Shown: positions 34,383-43,840 of the stretch, piece by piece | Position numbering within the stretch: the stretch's first letter is position 1 | How the letters are laid out: each line of letters begins with the position of its first letter | Assembly: GCA_001823165.1 (NCBI GenBank) | Contig: MHTT01000008.1 | Coordinates: 1 to 48,342, forward strand | Direction of reading: 5' to 3' | From: Candidatus Wildermuthbacteria bacterium RIFCSPHIGHO2_01_FULL_49_22b | Lineage (GTDB): Bacteria > Patescibacteriota > Minisyncoccia > Minisyncoccales > UBA10102 | DNA length: 48,342 nt | Translations under genes and position numbers: made by a program | Notes under the pieces: model-generated | The model's input: the letters and a program-made list of their open reading frames with translations, nothing else | Told to the model about the DNA's origin: nothing | Database searches by the model: none

Positions 34383-35788
34383 TAAGATAGCGTACCCCGC
34401 TTTTGAGATTTGGTCAATCCGAGGACTTGTTCCCTGAGCTTTCGATGGTAAGAAATGGCAAAGCGGTGCGCTTCGTCCCTGATATGGAGAAACAGATTCT
34501 CAAGGGGCCTCGGCAGGTCTCTCAAAAGCACTGGTCTTGATTTGCCGGGAAAGAACAGCTCGTTTTGTTTTTTTGCCAGTGCCACCATGATTGACTTTTG
34601 ACCTTTGACTTTTGACGATTGACTTTTTTTGCTGTCAATTGTCAATTGTGAATTGCCAATTGTTAGCTCCCGCAGCGCAGAGAGCGCTGCGGTGAGCTGC
34701 CCCTTTCCTCCGTCAATGACCATGAGCTGGGGATAGGGCCATTCGGGGTGCCGGAGACGCCTTGAGAGAAGTTCTTCCATCATAGCATAATCATTTGATT
34801 TACCAGATATGCGAATCTTGTACTTTCTATAGGATTCCTTGAGAGGGGCCCCTTTAAGAAAGGTAACCTGGGAACCTGTTGCTTGTTTCCCTTGGATGTT
34901 GGAGATGTCATAGGCCTCCATGCGGGAGATTCGTTTTCTTGTTTCAAAGAGCTTCTGGAGTTCCTTTTCTATGAGGTTCCAGTTGGTGGAGGGCGCGGTC
35001 TCGCGGGAAAGGAGCCGCGCATGAGAAACAATGCGCTCTAAAGCGAGAAATTGATCTCTCAATCCTGCTGCTTTTTCAAAACCCTGATTCTTTGCGGCCT
35101 CGTTCATTTCTTTTTTCAGTTGTCTGAAAACCGAGGTTCTCTTTCCTTTGAGGACGGCGGCAAGTTTGCGCAGGTTCTTTTTGTATGTTTTCTCATCTGG
35201 GTCGGGTCCCGGGCAGAGATTGAGCTGGCACCAGGAGCAGGGAAGGGAGCCGTGCTTTTTTGCCGTGTAATAGGGGAATACCCTCCGAAGCAATCTCAAT
35301 ACCCGCCTGATTGCCTTTCCTTCCGTGAAAGGGCCAATATAGTTTGTATCTTGTATTTTGTATCTTGTATTTTGTATTTTTTTCTCCTTTTTCATACCAG
35401 ATACCAGATACGAGCTACAAGATACAAGGCGGGGCTGATGCGTCAAAAAGATTCTCGGAAGTTTATCTTTTGTTATTCCAACAAAAAAATACCCCTTGTC
35501 GTCTTTCCACATGACGTTGTATTTGGGCTGCAGCTTCTTTATGAGCTGCGACTCCAGCAACAAGGCATCAATTTCAGATTGAGTTTCAAGATATCCTACC
35601 CTGGTTACTTGGGATGTGAAAAGATTGTCCCGGTAGCTGGGCTGGGCAAAGTGGATTCTGACCCGGTCTTTGATATTCCCCGCCTTTCCTATATACAGCA
35701 CCGCTTTGGGAGAAGCCAAAGCATACACCCCGGGTGCTTTTGGAAGGGTTGAGAGTTTTGATTTGGGAACATACCGAAACTTTTCCAT
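34382..35788 (-). CDS. uvrC: Excinuclease ABC subunit C, short form (no C-terminal HhH2 domain), carrying two in-frame repeat insertions
   Basis: GIY-YIG (GVYALASPKAVLYIGKAGNIKDRV), UVR domain (EMNEAAKNQGFEKAAGLRDQFLALERI) and endonuclease V-like domain ending IRDEAHRFAISYHRKLR. ATG 35788 fits the canonical N-terminus, but the frame stays open to TTG 36091. Confidence 0.9.
   Translation of the reverse strand: MEKFRYVPKSKLSTLPKAPGVYALASPKAVLYIGKAGNIKDRVRIHFAQPSYRDNLFTSQVTRVGYLETQSEIDALLLESQLIKKLQPKYNVMWKDDKGYFFVGITKDKLPRIFLTHQPRLVSCSSYLVSGMKKEKKIQNTRYKIQDTNYIGPFTEGKAIRRVLRLLRRVFPYYTAKKHGSLPCSWCQLNLCPGPDPDEKTYKKNLRKLAAVLKGKRTSVFRQLKKEMNEAAKNQGFEKAAGLRDQFLALERIVSHARLLSRETAPSTNWNLIEKELQKLFETRKRISRMEAYDISNIQGKQATGSQVTFLKGAPLKESYRKYKIRISGKSNDYAMMEELLSRRLRHPEWPYPQLMVIDGGKGQLTAALSALRELTIGNSQLTIDSKKSQSSKVKGQKSIMVALAKKQNELFFPGKSRPVLLRDLPRPLENLFLHIRDEAHRFAISYHRKLREQVLGLTKSQKRGTLS
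34589..34662 (-). repeat. Family A heptamer-array hairpin element translated within uvrC
   Basis: The coding strand reads caa TTGGCAA TTCACAA TTGACAA TTGACAG caaaaaa agtcaat cGTCAAA aGTCAAA gGTCAAA aGTCAAT cat, encoding TIGNSQLTIDSKKSQSSKVKGQKS. Confidence 0.85.
35344..35428. repeat. Family G heptamer-array hairpin element translated within uvrC
   Basis: The plus strand reads TTGTATC TTGTATT TTGTATC TTGTATT TTGTATT tttttctcctttttc ATACCAG ATACCAG ATACGAG CTACAAG ATACAAG. ttgtat and atacaa are reverse complements. It encodes the extra segment ...LVSCSSYLVSGMKKEKKIQNTRYKIQDTNY.... Confidence 0.8.
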
Positions 35789-36091
35789 GAGTATAGTATA
35801 TCTGCTTTGCGGAGTTGCGTCTAAAAAAAAGTGTCCTGAAGCGCTTGGCTCAGGACACAGGAACAGCAGGACACAGAAACAAGGATGGTATGGCCCTAGT
35901 TTATTATGATTGGCAGAGCAGATGCTCCTTGCTGCCGTAAGGCCAAGGAAGCATCCGGCAAGGCCCAGAACCAGGGTTGAGACAACGATGGAGGTCTGGC
36001 TGGGTCCTTGGGGAAGAAGGGATACCAGGATGCCAATTCCTGCACCCAGCAACCCTCCGATTATGATAATGATGCCGAATATCTTATCCAA
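35789..36091 (-). CDS. SD-led two-TM ORF segment in frame with uvrC. It is either a separate small membrane protein whose stop is missing or frameshifted, or an N-terminal membrane anchor of UvrC.
   Basis: TTG start at 36091 preceded by gaAGGAGGaatc (SD 5 nt upstream). Translation is MDKIFGIIIIIGGLLGAGIGILVSLLPQGPSQTSIVVSTLVLGLAGCFLGLTAARS, then low-quality Cys-rich sequence across the terminator hairpin. TAA TAA and TAG occur in the other two frames right after TM2. Confidence 0.35.
35823..35858 (-). terminator. Rho-independent terminator-like hairpin on the minus strand, between the upstream 2-TM ORF segment and the uvrC ATG
   Basis: The minus strand reads GTGTCCTGA-gccaagcgct-TCAGGACAC followed by TTTTTTTT. 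Confidence 0.55.
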
Positions 36092-36189
36092 GATTCCTCC
36101 TTCGTGCCTTGCTCAACTTGAATTTGCTTGTATTAGAACTTGTATCATATATTTTTCTCAATGTCAATAGTCGCGAGCGTCCTTATCTC

Positions 36190-36218
36190 TTGAAATGATT
36201 TGACGGGGAAGGTATAAT
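36190..36218 (+). promoter_or_regulatory. Candidate sigma-70 promoter of uvrA
   Basis: TTGAAA, 17-nt spacer, TATAAT. SD-like aagga lies 5 nt before ATG 36230. Confidence 0.5.
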
Positions 36219-36229
36219 TGTAAGGACCT

Positions 36230-39157
36230 ATGGCACAGGATTTCATTAAAATCAGGGGAGCACGGGTTCACAACCTCAAGAACATTGACGTTGATATCCC
36301 CAAGGGCAAGCTTGTGGTGATTACCGGGCTTTCCGGGTCAGGGAAAAGCTCTCTTGCCTTTGATACTCTGTATGCTGAAGGACAGAGAAGGTACGTTGAG
36401 AGTTTGTCCGCATACGCGCGGCAATTCCTGGGCGTCATGCAAAAGCCCGATGTGGATTCCATTGAGGGCATTAGTCCTGCCATTGCCATTGACCAGAGAA
36501 AGGGAGCTCACAACCCTCGTTCTACCGTTGGGACCATTACGGAGATATATGACTATCTCCGTCTTTTGTTTGCAAGGATAGGAGTTCCGCACTGTCCCAA
36601 CTGCGGCAGGGAAGTCAAGCGCCAGTCGGTTTCCTCCATTGCAGACCAGGTGCAGAAACTTCCCGCCAAAGACGAGATTGCCATTCTTGGTCCTGTAATC
36701 AGGGAGAAAAAAGGGGAGCACCGGGGAGTTTTAGAAGAAATCCAGCGTTCCGGGTTTGTGAGGGCTCGCATTGACGGCATTGTGGAGCGCGTTGAAGAGG
36801 CCCTGGAAAAGGAGTTGGACCGCAAAAAGAAGCATTCCATTGAAGTGCTCGTGGACCGGCTAACCATAGACAAGGATCTGGACCGCCCCCGCCTCATCGA
36901 TTCTTTAGAGACCGCCTTAAAGCTTGGGAAAGGGCTGGTGATTGTGCGGGCACAGTCACCAACAATTGACAATTCACAATTAACAATTAGCAAGAAGAAT
37001 CGTCGTCAAAAGTCAACAGTCAATAGTCAAAAGTCAGGAGAAGACCTGGTCTTCAGCGAGCGCTTTGCCTGCGAGCAATGCAGTATTTCCCTGCCAGAGA
37101 TTGAGCCGAGAATGTTTTCTTTCAACTCTCCCTTTGGGGCGTGTCCTGCGTGCCAGGGATTAGGAGAAAAGCTGGAGGTTGATCCCAAACTGGTGATTCC
37201 CAACCCCCGGCTTTCCCTTGCCGAGGGCGCCATTTTCCCCTGGGCGCACGCTTCCCATAAGATAGGACGCCAGGGATTCTTTTGGTGGAAACTGGAAGAC
37301 CTGGCGAAAGAAAGGAAGTTTTCTTTGAATACTCCAGTAGAGGAGCTTTCTCCTAAAGTCATTAGCCTGGTCTTGCAAGGAGATAGAGGGTTTGCCGCCC
37401 GCAGAAGCGGGCGAGCCTCACCCGCCTCTGAAGAGGCGAGGTGGGAAGGAGTGATTCCCTGGCTGGAACGAAGATACCATGAGACCGACTCTGAATACGC
37501 CAGGGAAGAGATTGAGCAGTATATGATAGAGCGCTTGTGCGAAATGTGCCAGGGAAAGAGGTTGAAACCCGAGGTGGTGGCGGTAACCGTGGGGGCAAAG
37601 TCCATTCACGGGGTCGTAAACCTGCAGCTCAACCGCGTCAAAGAGTTTTTTGGCAAACTCTTCTTGAAAGAGCATGAGAAAAAGATAGCAAGCCCCATTG
37701 TAAAAGAGATTGTGAATCGCCTTCAGTTTTTAATTGATGTGGGCTTGGAGTATCTCACCCTGGCGAGAAAAGCCGCGACCCTGTCAGGAGGAGAAGAACA
37801 GAGAATACGGCTCGCCACCCAGATTGGCTCAAAGCTTACTGGGGTCTTGTACATATTGGACGAGCCCTCTGTCGGTTTGCATGCCAGAGACCAGCATCGC
37901 CTCATTGCGACCTTGCAGCAATTGCGCTCTTTGGGCAATACCATTGTAGTAGTAGAGCATGACCCCCAAACCATACGGTCAGCTGACTGGGTGGTGGATA
38001 TTGGCCCTGGAGCAGGAAAGCACGGGGGCCGTGTCACTTTTACCGGAACGCCAAAACAGCTGCTCAAGTCGCGCACACTTACCGGAGATTACCTAGCGGG
38101 GCGCAGAACTGTTCAGATAAGCAAAGTAGGGTCAGACCCTACTCGGGTGAGTAGGGTCAGACCCTACTCACAGCTGATTGTCCAGGGGGCAACGCACAAC
38201 AACTTAAAGAACATTGACGTTGCAATACCGCTGGAAAGGATGGTGTGCGTGACCGGGGTTTCAGGGTCTGGCAAAAGTTCTCTGGTCAGCGATATTGTGG
38301 CAAAAGCCCTGCTGCAGAAGTTCTACAGGGCAAAGGAAGAACCGGGAGAGCATAAGGCAATTTTAGGCACGGAGCATCTTAACAAGGTGGCGCTGGTGGA
38401 CCAGTCGCCCATTGGCAGAACTCCGCGTTCCAACCCCGCAACCTACACAGGGTCCTTTTCTGTCATACGGGATTTGTTTGCTTTATGCAAAGAGGCCAGG
38501 GTGCGGGGCTACAAGCCGGGAAGATTTTCTTTTAATGTAAAGGGAGGAAGATGCGAGTCCTGCGAGGGCCAGGGGCTAAAAAAGATTGAGATGTACTTTT
38601 TACCGGACGTGTATGTGGAGTGCGAGGAATGCCAGGGACAGCGATACATGAAAGAGGTCCTGGAGGTGGAATACCGAGGCAAAAACATTGCCCAGGTTCT
38701 GGCAATGACCGTGGAGGAAGCCCTGGCGTTTTTCAGAAACATTCCCGCCCTGACAGCGAAGTTGAAGACCTTAAACGACGTGGGACTCTCGTATGTGGAG
38801 CTGGGACAGCCCGCCCCCTCCCTTTCTGGGGGAGAGGCCCAGCGAGTAAAGCTGGCAACCGAGCTTGCAAAGAAAGCAACAGGAAAGACCCTGTACATTC
38901 TAGACGAGCCAACCACGGGTCTTCATTTTGACGACGTGAAAAAACTGCTTCAGGTGTTGGGGGAACTGACGGACAAGGGAAACACGGTATTGATTATTGA
39001 GCACAATCTTGATGTGGTGCGCAATTCGGACTGGATTATTGACCTGGGACCAGAGGGAGGAGAAAAAGGGGGGAAATTGGTCGCAGAGGGAACCCCAAGA
39101 GATGTTGCCAAAATAAAAAAGAGCTATACGGGGCAGTACTTGCGTAAGTTCAGCTGA
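36230..39157 (+). CDS. uvrA: Excinuclease ABC subunit A, carrying two in-frame repeat insertions
   Basis: Two ABC modules ([51 protein letters not shown]), zinc modules (CPNCG, CEQC...[12 protein letters not shown]...CEECQGQRY), 975 aa. Confidence 0.97.
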   Translation: MAQDFIKIRGARVHNLKNIDVDIPKGKLVVITGLSGSGKSSLAFDTLYAEGQRRYVESLSAYARQFLGVMQKPDVDSIEGISPAIAIDQRKGAHNPRSTVGTITEIYDYLRLLFARIGVPHCPNCGREVKRQSVSSIADQVQKLPAKDEIAILGPVIREKKGEHRGVLEEIQRSGFVRARIDGIVERVEEALEKELDRKKKHSIEVLVDRLTIDKDLDRPRLIDSLETALKLGKGLVIVRAQSPTIDNSQLTISKKNRRQKSTVNSQKSGEDLVFSERFACEQCSISLPEIEPRMFSFNSPFGACPACQGLGEKLEVDPKLVIPNPRLSLAEGAIFPWAHASHKIGRQGFFWWKLEDLAKERKFSLNTPVEELSPKVISLVLQGDRGFAARRSGRASPASEEARWEGVIPWLERRYHETDSEYAREEIEQYMIERLCEMCQGKRLKPEVVAVTVGAKSIHGVVNLQLNRVKEFFGKLFLKEHEKKIASPIVKEIVNRLQFLIDVGLEYLTLARKAATLSGGEEQRIRLATQIGSKLTGVLYILDEPSVGLHARDQHRLIATLQQLRSLGNTIVVVEHDPQTIRSADWVVDIGPGAGKHGGRVTFTGTPKQLLKSRTLTGDYLAGRRTVQISKVGSDPTRVSRVRPYSQLIVQGATHNNLKNIDVAIPLERMVCVTGVSGSGKSSLVSDIVAKALLQKFYRAKEEPGEHKAILGTEHLNKVALVDQSPIGRTPRSNPATYTGSFSVIRDLFALCKEARVRGYKPGRFSFNVKGGRCESCEGQGLKKIEMYFLPDVYVECEECQGQRYMKEVLEVEYRGKNIAQVLAMTVEEALAFFRNIPALTAKLKTLNDVGLSYVELGQPAPSLSGGEAQRVKLATELAKKATGKTLYILDEPTTGLHFDDVKKLLQVLGELTDKGNTVLIIEHNLDVVRNSDWIIDLGPEGGEKGGKLVAEGTPRDVAKIKKSYTGQYLRKFS
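36963..37036 (+). repeat. Family A heptamer-array hairpin element translated within uvrA
   Basis: caa TTGACAA TTCACAA TTAACAA TTAGCAA gaagaat cgtcgtc AAAAGTC AACAGTC AATAGTC AAAAGTC a, encoding [25 protein letters not shown]. Confidence 0.85.
38125..38168. repeat. Family B palindromic doublet translated within uvrA
   Basis: aGTAGGGTCaGACCCTACtcgggtgaGTAGGGTCaGACCCTACt, encoding [17 protein letters not shown]. These are the same two peptide readings as in dprA but in swapped order. Confidence 0.85.
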
Positions 39158-39385
39158 TTTGGTATGATTTTTGTAGATTTTTCTCGGAGATGCATATAAG
39201 GCGCGGGACATCCTTTCGCGGAATGTTACCCCTGCGCTAAAGGACATCCGCAAGATGCTATCGTGGATCTTTCCGCCTTTGCTTTTTGCCGCAGGTGCTT
39301 TGCGACTTGGAACCCAGACCCAGAGGCGAGACCTTCTGAAAAACGAGGATGGATAAGGAGATTCTTCGGATGGCACAGCTCTTGA

Positions 39386-39419
39386 CCCCCACCCTTTGCA
39401 TTTATGCAAAGGGTGGGGG
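39386..39419. repeat. Perfect 16-bp-arm palindrome upstream of the groES promoter
   Basis: cccccaccctttgcat-tt-atgcaaagggtggggg, followed by ttgactttttt. Confidence 0.85.
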
Positions 39420-39447
39420 TTGACTTTTTTGCGGGGCTGTGTAAGAT
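39420..39447 (+). promoter_or_regulatory. Candidate sigma-70 promoter of groES-groEL
   Basis: TTGACT, 16-nt spacer, TAAGAT, located just upstream of the CIRCE-like inverted repeat. Confidence 0.5.
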
Positions 39448-39457
39448 AGGGACTGGA

Positions 39458-39484
39458 TTGGCACTCAAAGGTCTTGTTTGCTAA
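39458..39484 (+). promoter_or_regulatory. CIRCE-like inverted repeat (putative HrcA operator)
   Basis: TTGGCACTC-aaaggtctt-GTTTGCTAA against the consensus TTAGCACTC-N9-GAGTGCTAA (8/9 and 7/9 matches). The position between the -10 and groES is canonical. Confidence 0.6.
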
Positions 39485-39522
39485 CGTATATAATTCAAGA
39501 ATAAAAAACAAAGATTCACCAT

Positions 39523-39816
39523 ATGCAGATAAAGCCATTGGCAGATCACGTTTTGATTGAGCCCTTAGAGGAGGAGCAAAAGACCAAGACCGGCATTCTT
39601 TTGCCGGAAACAGCGGAACAAGAAAGGTCAGAACAGGGGACCGTTGTCGCCGTGGGTCCCGGCAAGAAAGGCAAAGACGGCAAGGTGATTCCTTTGGAGG
39701 TAAAGGCGGGGGACCTTGTACTGTTTGCCAAGTACGGTCCAAGCGAGGTGAAGGTGGACGGCAAAGAATACCTTATTGCAGAAGAAAAAGACATCCTCGC
39801 GATTTTAGAGCGCTAA
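39523..39816 (+). CDS. groES: Co-chaperonin GroES
   Basis: MQIKPLADHVLIEPLEEEQKTKTGILLPE...GDLVLFAKYG...ILAILE. Confidence 0.96.
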   Translation: MQIKPLADHVLIEPLEEEQKTKTGILLPETAEQERSEQGTVVAVGPGKKGKDGKVIPLEVKAGDLVLFAKYGPSEVKVDGKEYLIAEEKDILAILER

Positions 39817-41586
<1,770 letters not shown>

Positions 41587-41615
41587 TATATATCCTTCCT
41601 CCGAGGAAGAAAAAG

Positions 41616-41655
41616 AACAACATGCGCCCCCTCCAGGGCGGTGTTGTATTTTTTG
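41616..41655 (+). terminator. Rho-independent terminator after groEL
   Basis: aacaacatgcgccc-cctcca-gggcggtgttgt followed by attttttt. Confidence 0.6.
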
Positions 41656-41680
41656 GGGGTTGTTGGTATACTAGAAACAT

Positions 41681-42244
41681 ATGAACACCATACAAATTAT
41701 CATTTTGGTCGCAGCCATTGTCGTTGTCTGGGCCATTTTTAGCTACAACCGCCTTATCGCGTTGCGCAATCGGGTAAAGGAGGCATTCTCTGACATTGAT
41801 GTGCAATTAAAGCGCAGATACAACCTTATCCCCAACTTAGTGGAAGCGGTGAAAGGATACGCCGCACACGAAAAAGGGGTTTTTGAGAAGGTGACTGAGG
41901 CGCGGGCAAAGGCGCTTTCCGCAGAGCAGACAGGAAAGGTAAAAGATATGGCGGGAGCGGAAAACATGCTCTCGGGGGCATTGAAGTCCCTGTTTGCCGT
42001 AGCAGAGAATTATCCCCAGCTGCAGGCATCCCAGAACTTCATGGAGTTGCAGCGGGAATTGCGCGACGCAGAAGACAAGATTCAGGCGGCGAGAAGATTC
42101 TTTAATACCACGGTCATGTCTCTGAACACAAAGATTGAGAGCTTTCCCGTGGTGCTTGTTGCCAAGAGTTTTGGATTCAAAGAAGAAGAGTTCTTTGAGA
42201 TTGAAGAAGAAGTGCAGCGGGCAGTTCCAAAAGTAAAATTTTAG
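41681..42244 (+). CDS. lemA: LemA-family membrane protein
   Basis: N-terminal TM helix, then YNRLIALRNRVKEAFSDIDVQLKRRYNLIPNLVE...YPQLQASQNFMELQ...RRFFN. Confidence 0.9.
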   Translation: MNTIQIIILVAAIVVVWAIFSYNRLIALRNRVKEAFSDIDVQLKRRYNLIPNLVEAVKGYAAHEKGVFEKVTEARAKALSAEQTGKVKDMAGAENMLSGALKSLFAVAENYPQLQASQNFMELQRELRDAEDKIQAARRFFNTTVMSLNTKIESFPVVLVAKSFGFKEEEFFEIEEEVQRAVPKVKF

Positions 42245-42246
42245 CA

Positions 42247-42270
42247 ATGTGTGAAACCTGGTTTCACACA
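42247..42270. repeat. Family D palindrome, copy 2, between the lemA stop and the htpX start
   Basis: atgtgtgaaacctggtttcacaca, identical to 15563-15586. Confidence 0.9.
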
Positions 42271-42281
42271 TCCTTGAGCTT

Positions 42282-43187
42282 GTGAATATCTACTCGCACG
42301 CTGAAGCAAACACAAGAAAAACATGGTTGTACCTTCTGGGGTTTTTTGTCTTTGTGGTTGCGATTGGCTGGTTCATGAGTTATGCCTTAGGCAGTCAGGT
42401 CATCTTGTGGATTGCGGTTGGTTTGAGCATTGTCATGAGCTTTGGTTCTTTTTGGTATTCAGACAAACTGGTGCTGTCTTTATCGCATGCAAAACCCATT
42501 GAGAAGAAAGATGCCCCCGAATTGTACCGTATGGTGGAGAATTTGAGCATCACGGCAGGACTGCCAACGCCGCGAGTATTCATTATCCAGGACGCGCAGC
42601 CCAACGCTTTTGCAACAGGCAGGGACGCAAAGCACGCCGTGGTGGCAGTAACCACGGGTTTGTTCAGTCGTTTGGAGCGCACCGAGCTGGAAGGAGTGCT
42701 TTCCCACGAACTCTCCCACATTGGCAACAAGGATATGCTGGTTTCCACGGTTGTGGTGGTTTTGGTTGGCGTGGTGGTTTTGCTTGCAGATCTTTTCTTT
42801 CGCCTTGCCTATTTTGGAGGCATGGGAGGGCGAAGCGATAGAGGAGGAGGGCAGGCAAGGATCGCGCTCATTCTGATTGCGCTCGCCTTCCTTATCCTGG
42901 CCCCCATGCTGGCCCAGGCAATGAAGTTTGCCATTTCCCGGAAACGCGAGTTTCTGGCCGACGCTTCCGGAGCCCTTCTCACAAGGTATCCTGAAGGCCT
43001 GGCCTTGGCCCTAGAAAAGATTTCAAGCGACCCGCACCAGTTAAAATCCGCCAACGACGCCACCTCCCATCTATATATTGCAAATCCGTTTAGGGGCAAA
43101 GAGCAGAAGAGCTGGATTCACAAACTATTCATGTCGCATCCGCCGGTAGAGGAGCGCGTCAAGGCATTGCGCGGTATGCGCCCCTAA
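42282..43187 (+). CDS. htpX: M48-family zinc metalloprotease HtpX
   Basis: GTG start, HELSHI zinc motif, four TM helices, EFLADASGALLT, SHPPVEERV. Confidence 0.93.
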   Translation: MNIYSHAEANTRKTWLYLLGFFVFVVAIGWFMSYALGSQVILWIAVGLSIVMSFGSFWYSDKLVLSLSHAKPIEKKDAPELYRMVENLSITAGLPTPRVFIIQDAQPNAFATGRDAKHAVVAVTTGLFSRLERTELEGVLSHELSHIGNKDMLVSTVVVVLVGVVVLLADLFFRLAYFGGMGGRSDRGGGQARIALILIALAFLILAPMLAQAMKFAISRKREFLADASGALLTRYPEGLALALEKISSDPHQLKSANDATSHLYIANPFRGKEQKSWIHKLFMSHPPVEERVKALRGMRP

Positions 43188-43271
43188 ATTTTCAATTATC
43201 AATTTCCAATTTTTAATCAAACCCCAATGACCAAATTTTTAAACAGTCTGATAATTGAAGCATTGAAAATT
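43185..43271. repeat. AT-rich TIR-bounded miniature element (family E), copy 2
   Basis: It starts at the htpX TAA (cccctaaattttcaat...) and ends ...cattgaaaatt. It shares blocks with 5967-6040. Confidence 0.7.
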
Positions 43272-43303
43272 CACTGAAGATTGAGAATTGCAAATTGAGA
43301 ATT

Positions 43304-43840
43304 ATGCGTAAATTGTGTCCGCATCATCAGACATCTTTAGAGCAAGCAGCCATCTTGGGGGTGCAGATTGATTACTGCCCCCAGGACTACGGCCTGTGGT
43401 TTGACGAAGAGGAACTAAGAGAAGCAAAAGATGCCAGAGACCGGGATTTGAGATGGCTGGATATTGATTTGTGGAAAGATCCCGCCAAGTTTATTCTTTC
43501 CCCAAAGCAAAAGCTGTGCCCCAAAGACCGCCTTCCTCTGTACGAAGTGGAATACGGGGACTCCGGCATTAAGGTGGACGTGTGCAATCTGTGCCATGGG
43601 GTGTGGCTGGACCGAGGAGAGTTTAAAAATCTTACTGTTTACCTGCGAGAGAAAGCCGAACACCGGATTCTGTACCACTATGCCCGAGATGTGTTTGAGG
43701 AGGCCTGGGAAGTGTTTTCGGGGCCTGAAATCTTAAGAGAGGAAATTCTGGACTTCCTGGCTGTGCTCAAGCTTTTAACGTACAAGTTTGCCGCCCAGTA
43801 TGGCCGGCTTTCCCAGCTTATGGTATCTTTGCCGAGGTGA
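43304..43840 (+). CDS. Protein with two TFIIB-type zinc-ribbon (zf-TFIIB-like) modules
   Basis: CPHH...YCPQDYGLWFDEEELREA and CPKD...VCNLCHGVWLDRGEFKNL. The ORF is open from TTG 43295. Its stop overlaps the first bases of tRNA-Ser. Confidence 0.7.
   Translation: MRKLCPHHQTSLEQAAILGVQIDYCPQDYGLWFDEEELREAKDARDRDLRWLDIDLWKDPAKFILSPKQKLCPKDRLPLYEVEYGDSGIKVDVCNLCHGVWLDRGEFKNLTVYLREKAEHRILYHYARDVFEEAWEVFSGPEILREEILDFLAVLKLLTYKFAAQYGRLSQLMVSLPR

Noticed and set aside
36136-36146. Possible LexA/Cheo-type SOS box (gaacttgtatc) between uvrC and uvrA
   Set aside because: Only the GAAC half-site matches GAAC-N4-GTTC, and the second half is GTAT. That is not enough to call an operator.
37389-37450. GC-rich hairpins (cgcccgc-agaa-gcgggcg) in uvrA as a third in-frame insertion
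   Set aside because: Canonical UvrA has a segment of similar length at this position, and no second copy of the sequence was seen. It is probably native coding sequence.
39158-39385. tmRNA, SRP RNA or 6S RNA in the uvrA-groES spacer
   Set aside because: I could not find the tRNA-like acceptor/T-arm of tmRNA or the SRP domain IV motif, and a 6S-like structure cannot be judged by eye. It is left as an unassigned region rather than a called RNA.
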